Source of the DNA: the human T2T-CHM13v2.0 reference genome, Homo sapiens
Assembly: GCF_009914755.1 (NCBI RefSeq)
Contig: NC_060936.1
Length of the DNA: 64,000 bases
Strand: one strand, 5' to 3'
Positions 28,570 through 43,012 of the stretch are shown in pieces. How positions within the stretch are numbered: the first letter of the stretch is position 1; each line of letters starts with the position of its first letter. Made by a program: the position numbers and the translations under genes. Below the pieces are notes generated by a model that saw nothing but the letters and a program-made list of their open reading frames with translations, searched no databases and had not been told where the DNA came from.

Positions 28570-29070
28570 AGTAAAAAACATGGGTTTTGAAGCTGAGAGT
28601 AGATCTTGGTTCTTACACTAGTAAAGAAGGTAACTTTAGGCAAGTTATCAGTCTTCTCTGAGCCTCAACTCCCTCACCTGTAAAAGGAGGATTCATTCAA
28701 CTCACATCACATCTACCTCATGGGATTCTTGGGAAGATTAAGTCAGTTAAAATGCCTAAAATGGTTAGAATCATGTAAGTGCTCACAAATGAAACCTATT
28801 ATAATTATGGGCAGGTGGTGGTGCAGAAAAATAATAACACTGTGACAGCCCTATTTTTATTTTAAACTCACGCATGTGCAGATTAACCAATGTAATCCAT
28901 ACAGATTTATGAGGAAGGTACTATTATCATCATTATCTTACAGATAAGGAAACTCAGAAATAGGTTAAATAATTTACCCAAAGTCACACAGCAGTTACTA
29001 GCAGAGCTGGGATCTAAATCTAGAAAGTCAGGCATTTGAATCTTGGCTTTCACCATTATGTTATGCCACC
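28570..29070. mobile_element. Two MIR SINEs in opposite orientation (about 28570-28800 +, 28870-29070 -)
   Basis: ctttaggcaagttatcagtcttctctgagcctcaact and ttacagataaggaaactcaga...cccaaagtcacacagc cores. Confidence 0.7.
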
Positions 29071-29973
29071 TCTTTGAAAACCTAATTTATAGGCATCTTG
29101 TGAGGAAAAATGAAATAAAGTACATAAGTGGTTTATCATATTTACATAGTTTAATATGTATTAAACACTCAATAATTATATTTATTTTTTTAAAAAAATG
29201 TCTGTGGAACAATAGAGTTATAATTAGGATTGGTCAATTTTAGAAAACACAGTTTCTGTGGATTTTCTGGAAGACTCAAAAGAACCCAAAGAAGACAATT
29301 AGGGAGCATATCAGAAATAACTGGTGGTTGAATTACTGCTGAACAAGCAGTAAAAAGGTGGAATAGCCATAATCACTTGCTTGACCTTGATTTCTGGTGA
29401 GAGCACCAAAGGCCTCCTGTGCATCAATCTTTGCCCAGCTGTATTTCCTAACTAATTAATTTTAGAAAGATCTAACTCAATTAATTATAAAGTAATGGCT
29501 GTCACTTCCAGCTGCCAATTTATCTATATTACAAACCATAGCTAATTAGTTAGTGTATTATATCTCTTTCTTGGAAACACACTATTTGCCAGCTACATTA
29601 AATTATGTACTTAAACCCTGCGTGTGAGTTATACATTATTCTGCAATAAATGGTGAAACTAATTCTTTTGTAACTACGCACCATAAAAACACCAGAATGA
29701 CAAAGAGAAAGCACCTTTAACATGCCTAATCAAGTTAATAAATAATCAGGCAAGCAAACTTGACAAGAATTCCATAACGGAACATGATAAAGACCTCTAA
29801 AATGCTGCGGACAGCCAGCCAAAATCCTGGTGATTTGGTACCCTCAAGAGACTTGTGACCTTGAGGAAAATGGAATCAAAGCAGAATTAAAGGTGCAACT
29901 CTATTTATTCCATGTAAACGGATAGGCAGCCTCAACACAAACCTGAAGACCTGTATTTTCTTCTACGAAGGAG

Positions 29974-30596
29974 TGTAGAGGCAGAAAGATGTGATACATT
30001 CCTTCACCCATCATAAGGGTCACGGTTGACATTCCTAAAATGAAAGACTGTTTAACAAAAAAAGGTGTAACAAACTTATTTAATCAAAGTTTTACATGAC
30101 ACAGGGACCTTCAGAAATGAAAACCCAAAGACCCAGGGAAAACTATTTTTATGCTTAGGCTCGATAAAGTGTTATAGAAATGTGATGGGACAAAAGGGTG
30201 TAATTTGATTGTAATTGACTGAGGAGGGAAACGCAGCAAGGTCTGTCCATTCAGATTCTTCTTGGACTGTCAGTGTAGCATTCCATCCTCCTGAGTATGG
30301 GGAAGGACGCCTCTGGAATGAAGGTCTTCAAAGAAGAAGAAGGCAGAAGATAGAGAATGACTTTTATAGGTTTTATGGCTTGCTTTGGAGAAGAGGAGTT
30401 CTATTTCTATGACCCTCCTTGGGAAACAGGAATTCTAATTTCTATGAATCCCTTTGGGGAAGAAAAAGGGTTGTGAGACAGAAGCGCAGAAGAAGGTCAG
30501 AGAGAACTCGCTTCTGAGGCCCTTCCAATCTTCAGTTCAAAGTACTCAGCATGCCAAGATACCTTACTTTGGGGTATCATATTAAGAATCCCAACA
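29974..30596 (-). mobile_element. ERV1 solo LTR of the MER39/MER34 group
   Basis: Minus strand begins tgttgggattcttaatatgataccccaaag...ggcatgctgagtactttgaactg. TG...CA termini and 4-bp flanks ggag/gaag. Confidence 0.75.
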
Positions 30597-31094
30597 GAAG
30601 CAATTATATTTCTTTGTCCCAGCCTTCCTTTCTTCCCTTCTATCTTAAAAGAAAAGGTGTTTCTCTTATCCAAGGCTAAAACCTTCATCAAAGCTCTTAA
30701 TCTCATTCCCTCCCACCTCCCCTGAGACTTTACTACATAAACATCTCTGTTTTCTTTTGTGTTATCAATTTCTGCTTCTCTTGATCCTTTCTCAGCCTAT
30801 AAACATCTTGTATCCTCCTGCTTCTGAAAACAGCTTTCCTAAAGCCTGGCACTGCCACCACCGGCACCACTGCAAACTACTGCCCTATCCCTGCTGCTTT
30901 CCTCATGCCAAAGAGAGTCTCAAGTCTTGTATCCAATTCTTTATTTATATAAAAACTTTTTTTGGAAGAGAAACTGCTATGCTCTGCCTGGACTTAGCAC
31001 TTTATTCGTAATCCACATAAAACCCCTTGCACAGCAAGTACCCAACCAGTATTAGCTGTTGTGGTGGTTGTCACTGTCATTTTGAGTGGTAGGA

Positions 31095-31330
31095 TATTAT
31101 ACAGTATTTCAGAGTGTAGCCTCCAAAATCAGACACTATAGCCCAAATCCTGGCTCCACCTCCTTCTAACTGTGTGACATTAGGCAGTCTATGTAATTTT
31201 TGAAACTTTGAATTCTTAAATATAAACTGCAACTCCTCATAAAGTTGATGAGAGAAATAAATCAAAAGAGGTGACACATATATGTGCTCACTACTTTGTC
31301 CACAATTTAGTAGGTACTCAAATACGCTTT
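31095..31330 (+). mobile_element. MIR SINE
   Basis: caaatcctggctccacctccttctaactgtgtgacattaggcag core. Confidence 0.7.
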
Positions 31331-31339
31331 TTAAATATG

Positions 31340-31980
31340 TAGTGTAACTCTGCAGGTGCACAATTTTTATTCATTCCTCTCCCTTTTGATAAGTATAATA
31401 ACTTTCCTTTGGGAAATGACTTTCTCCACTGCTTATTCCAGGAGGTTGGGCCCTATCCCTGACTTCAGAGTTGAAACATATGACTCAAGTCTGGTCATGC
31501 AAAGCACTGAGTCGCTTTTCTAGGCACGTGACTCAGACATGGCCAATCAGATCACTGAATCTTTCTTCTGGGCATGTGACCTGGGCTGACCAGTCAGAGC
31601 ACTGAATCCCCTCCTGAGGCCATGCGACCTAGCTTCACCAATCAACAGAATTCCATTGTTTTGGTCTTCTTGTTCAGTTCACAAAGGGGACTTTCCAGTG
31701 TTTTCATCAGAAGGAATTCCAGAATTTTTGTAAGAATTATCAGTAAGATATATTGTCTTCTTCCTACCCAAATGGGCATGATGGAGCCATCTTGCCGTCA
31801 TGTCAATGTGGAGAAGTCCACCCACAGAGTGGTGCAGAGCTAATCCAATAGACCTGACATTGCTTGAGGCCCTAAATCCAGCCATAACTGAGGCCTGTCC
31901 TGCTCTGTACTTCTCATTCGTCAGTAAGTGAATTTCTGGATTAAGCTAGTTTGCGTTTTATCTTACTTACAATTGAAAAC
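31340..31980 (+). mobile_element. Old MaLR/ERVL LTR (MLT1K/L-like) with an internal 48-bp repeat
   Basis: ggcatgtgacc...ggccaatcag motifs and 3' end ttaagctagtttgcgttttatcttacttacaattgaaa. Confidence 0.55.
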
Positions 31981-34900
31981 TGGCGTAAATGCTTATCATG
32001 GTTTAGCATAGTAACTGTTCGAAGGTAAGGACCAGGTACAGATCTTATTCTGGAGCTCCAGTAGAGTTTCGTGGATGGTCAAAAAATAGGTGTTGTACAG
32101 AGGAGAAAATATTCTGTTTATGGTGAGGCGGGGTACATTCTACACCCATGCCTCATTATCTTGCTCACCCTTTAGGCACAGATTGATTCCAGAGGCTGGC
32201 CCAAAATGGTGATGGCCACAAAAAGCTGCAGAAAAAAAAAAATGTTCCTTCACAAGTCCATACCTTCCCAGGGACCAAGAAAACTGTTTGCATTTGAAAT
32301 GTCATCTCTTCCAGCTGTTACAAAAGAAAACAAATAGCTTATTTAACAAAGTACTTAACTGAGCAGACTAGATCACTATGTCAATAAGCATTTTCAAGCA
32401 AGATAATTCCTTCCCTTACAATGGAGAATTGCATGCTTCTGATGTTAAAATTACTTCCCTTGTGACATTATCTTTCAGGACTATTTTCTCCAGAAGCAAC
32501 CATTTCCCAAGTTTAAATGAAAACCAGTGGCATGAAAAGGCATGAAAAGAACAATGAAACAAATTCACTTTTAACAAACTTCAAATTTCCTAGGTTTTCT
32601 GGAAATTGAGAGACACCTGTAAGATGATCCAATCCAGCTAAACTGCTTAGAAATAATTTAACGATCTTGTAATTGGAAAAAAAAAAATGAATTTCTGTTT
32701 CCTCTGCTGGACATAAGGATGAAACAGGAGAGACGCAGGGCATGCATGAGTGAAAAGAACAAAGGATTCAAGGAAAATACGTATTTAGTGGGGAAACTTG
32801 GGGGCAGCCCAGGGAGCTGAGAAATGAGAGACGTTAAACAGTGTATGTGAATTGCTTATGTGAATTGAGGGCATTCAAACTGAATGTTAAAAAAAAAAAA
32901 TGTTATTTTGATGCAGATGGCAACAGAAATAAATTCTGGGAAAAAAAACTCTGCACTCCATCAAAAGCCCTGCACTCATATTCCTATTCCTTCTGTTGCT
33001 TTGCAGCACAGAAACACAACAAAGAAGCACCAAAGCCAGTTAGAAAATTATGGCAACCAGTGTAACTGCCATGGAAAGGCCCTTCCCACATTTGGCACAT
33101 TTTCCAGGTCTAAGAGGGTTTTCATCAGTGAAAGGGCTGTTGCTGAACAATGAACCTGCTCCTTAAGAGTGAGAAAGGTTGTTGACTCTTCAAATTGGCA
33201 TCTGCAGCTGCTGGTCCTTAGAGTCTGTGCTAGTCAGGGCCCCTCCTTTTTCTTGTAAAAGCTTGGCACCATTTTAATTATTTTGTAAAATTTGCCCTCC
33301 ATCAGCTCTACCATTCTGGGATATAAAGGGAAGTAAAAAGCTCTCTAATTTGAGGATTCATTAAGCAGCTGTTGTTACTTAGTTGATGTAGTCGATGCCT
33401 GAAATTCGCTGGTTTGCTGAATTAGTATAAGCAACTATGATATTCTAGCCAGACTGGTTTTCGTTTGTTTCATTCTGAGGTCAAGCTACTAGAAAACATA
33501 GACATCCAGCTAAAGAATACACCAATATTTTCTTGTCTCCTTAGACGAGCATTTATTCTCTCAAAGATTATTGAGCTTCTACTCTTTGAAAGAGCTCTTA
33601 AGATACTGCACAGTTGCCATTTTGTGGAGTAAACTTTGCCATGAGAATCTCTATTTTCTCTAGGATAAGTGAAAAAGGTGAGAAACTGGCCCTTTTTAAA
33701 ATATTATTTTTGATTTATAATCCACATACATACATTCCCTCTCTCTACTTATTACTTCCCAGATTTTAGTAAGAAGAGAAGAGAAAGCAAATCATTCTTC
33801 CAAACTGCATAGCCAGACAGTATTATCTCTACTCTGCATGCTGGGCAGAAAGTCAAACATGACCAAAGAGGATAACTTGTGAAAAGTGTGAAATCGGACA
33901 ATATCCCTCCACTACTACTGCAGAGTTTGTTGGAGATGAGTACCCACGATCCCATCATAACCAACCTTCTCCCTTCCTCCTGTTGATGGGCAGAATTATT
34001 TGGCCAAAAATTCCATCAAAAAATTATTACCCTTCCCCCTACTCAGTCTCTCCAAGTGATGAAAAAGTTGAAGAACCTAGTCTCTGCGGTCAATTTTTAA
34101 TAGAGAAATCTAAGACTTTGTTTTAAAGGTATACATTCCCTTTCTGATTTTTAAATAGGTGAAAACAACATCTTCGTATTGTATCTTGAGCCCTAAATGC
34201 TAGCTTTCTATAAGTAAAGGAATCAGATTCATTTGTGAAAAAAAAATTGGCATCGGGGGCAGCCCAGGTAAAGCTGAACACCACATAGAGCAAAACATTT
34301 TCTCTAGACTTCAAATGTTCATCTTTACAAAAGATGCTGAAATGAGAACTCAATGAGGGAGCTGTAATTCTTTCCATTGGTGAGAAATTGGCACCAACTA
34401 CAAACTGAAAAAAAAGAATTACTCTATAGTTCCTGTCCCCAAAGGTCACTCTTGGCCACATTTTGTCTCTGAAGACAGAGAATTGAAATATTATTTGTTC
34501 TTGTGAATAATTTTTTGTTCCTTTATTGAAATTCAATAGAGTAAAAATAACCGCTGCCTATTATCCCTTGTCTGTCAGCTCTACCTGGGCTGAGGTGGTG
34601 GGAAAGGACAGGAAGAGCTGCTACAGATGTTTAATAGAAGAAAGCCCTTTTTGGAATGTGTTTGCATGACTCATAAAGAACAGTTATTCTTAGCTTTCCT
34701 GTCACAAGAGATAAAGCTCTTTGTCCTACAATACAGGCATCTACTTAAAAGGAAAACCCAAGGTTCATTCAAAGCTAGAGTCCAATAATAAGCTCTCATT
34801 ATAGTACTTGCCCCAAACTCCTGGAGTTATATTGTATCACTCTTTGCAAACCTGGAGTGCAATGTAAAATTTTATTCTGTTAGGCTTTTTGATTTGCCAG

Positions 34901-35629
34901 TTTTGCTACCTGGAAGAAACAATAGGCACTGCTTAATGTGCTAGTGATGACTTTAATTCAGTTACAGCAATCATTCATTTAGCAGTACAATAAATACCAT
35001 ACGCTATATAGAAAATTCTTCATCTTTTTGGATCACCTTTATAGAATCAGATCTTATAATCAAACCTCAATCTAATATTGATTATGTTTTGGATATGCCT
35101 GTCTTGATTCCCAGAACCAAAAAGCCAATAACATACTGAATCAATTTACTAAAGGATAGCACCACTCTTTGATGTATTAAATAGCAAGAGGTCAATGGAG
35201 ACTAAACGGACTTCATTGAAATTAAAATGTATCTTCTCTTCAGGTTGCTTCTGAACCAGTTTCTTGCACGTTCTTAGATTTCTCTTCTTTTGGATCTTTT
35301 CAGCTCACCAATGTACCTTTTCCCTTTGATCACTTATTCACTCAGATTTTTATTCTTTCAACGTTTATTAAATGTTATTGAACACTTTCTTTGTGCCAAG
35401 CTCTATACTTGGGAAAATGATAGAAATTCTCAAGGATAGAAATTCCCTAGAAGGGAAGACAAATAAGAAAAATGTTCTTAATACATGGTAATAAGAGCTA
35501 CAAGGATGGGAAGTTCCAAGGACTCTGTGAACTTAGAGAATACGTGCCCAGATCTCTCTTGAGCCAGAATGTGACTTTAGTAAAGGATTACCACTCTATC
35601 TCATAGAAAAGTAGGGCATATATATGTAC

Positions 35630-35684
35630 ATAGATATAGATATAGATATAGATATAGATATAGATATAGATATAGGTATAGATA
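35630..35684. repeat. (TAGATA)~9 microsatellite
   Basis: Directly visible. Confidence 0.95.
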
Positions 35685-36479
35685 AAGTTTTCCCCCTGGG
35701 TCAGTGGAAGGCAAGAGGAGAATAATCCTTATATGTGCTCTTTCTTCTATTTGAAAAACTACCCAAACTAAATCCTCCTGGTCTCTTAGGTCTTAGGAAG
35801 CCTTCTGTGACTACCTCTTCCCAATCCAATCCTCAAGTCTGGATTGGGGCAAGCTTCCTAATGTACCACAAAAGCACCCTGAATTTACTCCTGTAGTGCT
35901 TCTAGTGAGATTAAAACTGAATGCACCCAATGACTTAGATGTCCCTAAAATACTGTTTTGTTTTATACTGCCTACCTCTGGAGTCTCTATTTGCACTGAT
36001 AATGGTGAGATGGGAGGACACTTGTCAATTAAAGATAATTCAGCCTCTTTCAGTTTAAAACAGTTTCTTTAAGAAATTCTTCTGTCAGTTTAATGCTCAA
36101 AATATTTCTCATTCTTCATTAGGGCTGTCTATGCTTTCTCAGAAGGAAGGGGCTTCGCTCACTCCCGCTTCCCTGAGATGGCATTTTGAAGAAGGGGAAT
36201 CTCATTATGCATATAGCGCTAGGATGGTGTTCTTGTCCACATTTTGCTCTCTATTCCCTCATTGGCCTGAAAGAGATGTCTATCATCTCATTATGTCACA
36301 AAGTGTCATATATTTGTATCCCCTGAGGTGTGGCTAATTCCTCTGTGTCTTGCATTCTTCATTGGTTTTTTCGTAATCAAATATTGAGTAGATATGAATG
36401 AATATTTATATATATACATACACACACGTAAGTATTAAAAATGATACAATGCCCATTTACCCACTGCCCAGTTTAATAG

Positions 36480-37049
<570 letters not shown>

Positions 37050-39539
37050 TAGTATTTTGTTAGATAAAAATGTCAGAATTTGTTTATTGCTTTTATAATA
37101 ATGGGCATATGGTTAGATTCTAGGTTTTTTGTTTTTGTTTTTGTGTTCTTAAACAGTATCTTCTGGTGAACATGTAAAATAATGTTTCTAGAATATATAC
37201 CAAAGAGTGAAAGTGCTATAAGGTATGCATATTTTCATCCTTCTAGAAAATGCTAATTTTTTTCACAATGTTTTTATACTGATCAATAGTCCCATTATCA
37301 TGACATAAGTTTTCTAGTATCTCCACAGCCTTATCAATACTTGAGATAGTTTAACTTTTTTCCTAGTTAATAGACGTAAAATTATATCTCATTATGGTTT
37401 TAATTTCATTTCCCTGATTGTTAACGAGCATGAACATTATTTCCTAAGTTACTAGCATTCATGATACCTAATCTGTAAAGTCAAGTCTCTTCAAGTCTTT
37501 TGCCAATTTTTCTTTTATTTTGAATTTTTTTGGGGGAGTGGGGTATAGGTAGATGTTCTTTACACTTTTGTTATACAACCATTTTGCATTATATGTTTTG
37601 CAAATACATTTTCAAATCTGTGCCTTTTCATTTTCTTATGGTATGTTTTAATTTCTCATTTTAGTGTAGTTAACTTTGTCTATACTCTAATTTAGGGGGG
37701 ACTTTTAATGTCTTATTTAATATGTATTTCTTAAGACATAGAGTATCTTCTATTGTTTGCTCAATGTTTTATTTATTGTTTTGACTTGCACATTTAAATC
37801 CTTGTATTCACCTAGAATAAGCTGAATTTTTGTAAGCTGTAGAATAAGAAATATAATTTTTTCATATAAAAACTCAATTGCCCCAACTCTACTTAATGAA
37901 AATTATATTCTTTCCAGGGGTCTGCAGTGCTGGTCCTGTTATACACCAATTTTTCATTCTGTCAGGGCTATGTTTCTGTACACCTTTTTCTGTTTCAATG
38001 TTTCATTTGTCTCTCTCTGTACCAATATCACACCATCTTAAATATTAAAGTTTTGTTAGTCTAGATATATGATGAAGGATGTTCAATCACTAATCTTTTA
38101 CTTCTGGAGGGGTCTGGCTATTATCCAGCTTTTCTTTAAATATAAAATTTAAAATTAATTTGCTAATTTTCACAAAAATACCTGTTGAGATTTTTAATTT
38201 TATATATTTATAATATTAAAGTTTTGAATTCACTAAGACAATTTATCTCTCCATGCAAGTCTCCTTAATGTCTTTCTGTACAAATTTAGTTTTTCTATTA
38301 TTGTATGATGCATCTTATATGACACTTATTTCTAGGTATTTAATATATTATAATTGGCATATCATTATTATTCCCTGTTGCCTCTGCTTAGAAAAGTAAT
38401 TGATTTTTATATTTGATTTTGTATTCAGCAACATTGATAAACTTTATGTTGCTAATAATTTTTTTTTTGTTTGCAGCTCTTATGTCTTTTGCCTCTTTTG
38501 CTTGCCTTCTTGCCCCTGGACACACAGTTAAATAGAAGTGGTGATAGAAGATAGTCTTATTTATAATCTTAAGGGAAATTTTCATAACATATTAGTATTA
38601 AAATGTTTTCTGAGTATTTTGTCTAGATCCTGTTTATCAGTTAAAAGTAATTTTTGATATCTAACTTACTAGATATTTTATCATTAACCAATGTTAAATT
38701 TTATCAAAAATTTTTTGTGTCTTCATTGAGATAATAATCTAATTCTTTTCATTTAAAGTTTTTATATTAAAAAATACTATGAGTTTCTAATGTTAAACAA
38801 GGCTCACATTGCTGAAATAAAATTGTTCAAGACACATTAACCTTTTAATACATTCCTGGTATTTTTTGCTAATATTATGTTTAATATTTCTGGATTCATG
38901 TTCATAAGTAAGATGTTTTTATAAATTTGTCTTTCTCTTGCTATTCTTGTCAGGTTAAACTCCCCAAAGTTAACTTAGCTCATTGAATTAGTAAGGGGGG
39001 GGTTCTCTTTTTCTATTTTGTATTCCACACATATTTTGTGTAAGATCAAAGCATTTTTTCCTTTAATGTCTGACAAAACTTTCCTGTAAGAGTGTCTGGA
39101 ACTCTTGCTTTAACTTCCTAAATCTGATATTTTTCATTACTGATTCAATTTCTTTATGGTACTATTTAGGTGCTCACTTTTTTTTTTATAAAAAATTGTG
39201 AATAGCCACATATTTCTACAAATTTTTCCATGTTTTCTAAATTTTCCAGTCAAACTGTTGATCTGATTTTCTTATATCTTTGTAATCTTGGCCACATCTT
39301 TGGTTGTAGCCCCTTTTCCACTCTTAACATTGTTTATTTTGCCTTCTCTCATTTTACTTGGCCAACCTTGCCAGAGGCTTCTCACTTTTATTAGTTCTCT
39401 TTAAAAAGATTGCATTTGGTTAATTTTTGATATGTTTGTTTTCAATTAAATTTATTTCTGTTGTTTGTTAATGACTCTTCATTTTTAAGGGGTGGTTTAT
39501 TCTGTTATTCTCTTTCAAATTGTATAAAATGGGAGCATG

Positions 39540-41460
39540 TGTGATCATTTTATCCTTCTTTATAAAGATATGATTATCTCATCCTTCTTTATGGAAAGGG
39601 CTCTACTTCTCTGCCCACTAATTTTGGTCTGACCTCTAGAACTTGTTTGGGATAATGGAATGTAAGCAGAAGGAACAAGATGTCGGTTCTTTAACTACCA
39701 ATTCTGAGCACAACTCTTAGGAGATATTGTGAATTCCTAGCACAAAAGCTGGACTTGCAGCTTGGATCATGGACTGGGAAGACATTAGAGCAAAACCCAC
39801 CCTACTTAAACATCTAGCAGAGCTATAGCTGAGCCAAGATTCAGTGTAACATGAACAAGAAATTATTTTTTGTTGGTATAAGTGCTAAGCTTTTGAGCCC
39901 ATTTCTTACTATAGCAAAGTTGATTAAAACAAATCTTAGTATCTCAAAGATAGGTACTCCTATAACAATTGAAAATCTGTGTCTTGACTTTGAGGCCAAG
40001 AGACAAGTTGTAAAGATACTATTTTCAGAGGCTGGAACGATGATGACCCATGATATGCAATGGCAAAATATTTAGCAAACTGTCACCTTTAATAACTCAG
40101 AAAACAGATAATAGATCTACCTATTAAAGAGTGGCTTTGGAAGGAGTTTCACAACAGAATATTACTAATGTTACCTTTTCCTCTGAATTGCCATAAGAGC
40201 TCAGAGAAGAATAGGTTGCTTTGCAAGCAGGGAAGAAGCAGAAATTAGAGTAACCAGATTCTAGGGACTGACGGATAGGAAAACATAATTTTTTTAATTA
40301 GTAGAAAATAAATGCTTTGAGCAACAAAATCTCAGATTAAAACACATGTCCAAATAAAGGACATTGCCATTCATATCCTTTGTTAAAAACTATGAATGGT
40401 TTAAGATGACTACTAGAAAATTATGCCAGTTGGACAAAATGACTTAGAAGAAAGAGATGCCAACAGTTTCCTTGAAGCTGGGTAGCTCACATTATTTATA
40501 AGTAAGTCTGGAGAGAAAGGCACATTTCCAAATAACAGAGGTGTAGCTATTTGAATATGTTGCTGATTAAAATCAATTCATTGAAAAAACAATCATGTTT
40601 TTCAGAGAGTTATAATGCCAAAAGTTCCAATAGCCTGGATTAAAATAGACTGTAACTGTTAAAATATAAAACAACTTTTGGGCTTCCAGCTTTCTAGGAG
40701 AAAGGAGCAGGCTTAACAAGCTGCTCAGCCCCCAAAGATGCATATTATTCAATACCCTTTTGAGATATGGCCAAGGAGGAAAATAGAAAATAACTCTTCT
40801 GGAGAGAAGTGCTTGGCACCATGGAATATAGACTGGGCAAAATAAAGGCCTAATCACATAACATTTCTTATCCTCTTTCCAATGGGAGTAGTTTTTGCAG
40901 TAATTGTTCACTGTCCCATGATCCTGTATTTGAGGGCAGTGCCTTTTTATGTGTTAGATCTCTAGATCTTCACTCAATGGAGACACTATCATGAGACCCT
41001 AGGTATTGACCTTGAATCTGATATTAGGATTTCTTCATTAGGGGAGGGAGTTAATATATTTTGATTGTAGAAACAAAGAAACTTATTTTTTTATTAAGAT
41101 AGCAGATAGTAGTATATTTCCTTGGAAAACACCTCAATCCATAGACCTTGATATTGGGCATAGACTAGACAATGTTCCAGTTCTGGGGAGAAGCTTTAAG
41201 GTACAAATGACTTTCCAACACCTATCTTGTTCTTCACCCTACCATTAGGAACAAGAATAGATTGGTCTCCACAGTAGTTCCTTCAACCTGGGTCTTGGAA
41301 TGATAAAACACATGAAGCAAGCTGCAGGGAAGAACAACACTGGGGCAGAGCAGTATCTGACTCACATCTACATGTAATGTGAAAAGGAAATACATTTTTG
41401 TCAGTGTAACACACTGAGATTCATGGTGGTATGTTACTGTAGCAAAACCGACTGAAAGAG
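39540..41460 (+). mobile_element. MaLR provirus-like unit: MLT1 LTR (39540-39930), MLT1-int (39931-41095), MLT1 LTR (41100-41460)
   Basis: Two same-orientation MLT1I/J-like 3' ends (ttactatagcaaagttgattaaaaca; ttactgtagcaaaaccgactgaaaga). MaLR-int motif gaggctggaa...gacccatgatatgcaatggcaaaa and a purine tract at about 41038-41050. Confidence 0.6.
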
Positions 41461-41526
41461 ATGCTTAGTTCATTAATTTTCACATCTTTTTTCCTAATAA
41501 AAGAAATTAGAGTTACAACAGGACTA

Positions 41527-41886
41527 CAAATTAGTCCATTTTCACACTGCTATAAGGAACTGCTTGAGACTGGGTGATTTATAAAGAAAAGAGATTTAAT
41601 TGACTCGCAGTTCAGCATGGCTGGGAGGCCTCATGGAACTTACAATCATGGCAGAAGATGAAGGGGAAGCAAGACATGTCTCACATGGCAGCAGGAGAGA
41701 CAGAAAGCTAAGGGAAAAGTACCACTTTTAAACAGTTAGATCTCGTGAGAACTCACTATCACAAGAACAACATGAGGGAGACCACCCCCATGATCCAGTC
41801 ACCTCCCACCAGGTCTCTCCCTTCACATGTGGGGATTACAATTCGACGTGAGATTTAGGGGGTGGACACAGAGCCAAACCATATCA
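41527..41886 (-). mobile_element. THE1D/MSTA solo LTR (MaLR)
   Basis: ttagtccattttcacactgctataa...gagactgggt...cacagagccaaaccatatca, about 360 bp. Confidence 0.88.
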
Positions 41887-43012
41887 TAACATTTTATCTG
41901 AGTACTGCATTAATTGTATTCCACAAGGCTAATAGATAATATGTTCATAACCACTCAGTTCTAAATATTTACTAATTTCCATTTTCACTTTTGTCCCATG
42001 TCCAATTTAAAGTGAGTTTCCTAATATTCAAATATTTGACACAGTTCTATATGTATTCTCTTAATTTTGAATTTGATCACAGTTTACTAAGAAAGTTGGC
42101 CCATGTAGACTAATCCTTTGAAATTTATTTAAGCTTTTATCAGGACCCAATAGGCATCAATTTCAATAAACGTCCTAAGTGCAGTAGAAAGAACTTTCAG
42201 TTTTCAGTTTTTACATGTAGTATTGAATGTATTTCTATTAGATCAAATGCAGTAATTGTGATGTTCGTGTGTTTTGTAGCCTTACTTTTGTATTTCCCTC
42301 TTGATCAATCATTACTGAACTTTATCATTTACTCTATAGTGAGTAATTTATCTATTTCACATTGTAGTTGTACAATATCTTAAATTTGTTTTGAGACTCT
42401 GTTATTTATAACACATCAGCTTTGAATGTTAACATCTCCCTGGAAAACTGAAATCTTTTTCAATTTATAGTGACATTCTTTTTTTCTAGTAACGTTTGTG
42501 CCTTAAAATATATTTTTCTGATATAAAAAAGCTACATAACTTTCTTCTATTCTTATTTATTTTTAATTCTTTTGATTCCAACTTTCATTCTGTTAATCCC
42601 AAATTTTCTAGATCCTTTTGTTTGAGAGCTCTCACCTTTACAGTATATGCTGGAAATTTTTTAATGCAGATTAACCATCTTTGTATTTAGCTTGAGCATT
42701 TTTAAAAATAGCTAATATATTTTAATGATTTCTACCATCACGTTTGTACTGTGTATTTGTCCTGCATTTGCTATGTTTGTATTTTCATCTCTTTTCTTTT
42801 AGATAAACTGAGTACTCATTTGACATTTAATTTTTTTCTTTGTGTTACTTTGGAAGCCATGCATTCTATTTATATTCTAGAAACTTTAAAATACTTCACT
42901 TAGGCAATCAGTATTTTTATTGCCTATCTGAATAAAACAAGGACCTTAGAACACCTAAATTACCTTCTCCCAATTTCAATTTTGGTATTATAATTCTATT
43001 TTGGTCTTTGTT

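Noticed and set aside
31477-31655. Regularly spaced repeats (and 9962-10034) as a CRISPR-like array
   Set aside because: Tandem degenerate units without unique spacers, in a mammalian context with no cas genes.
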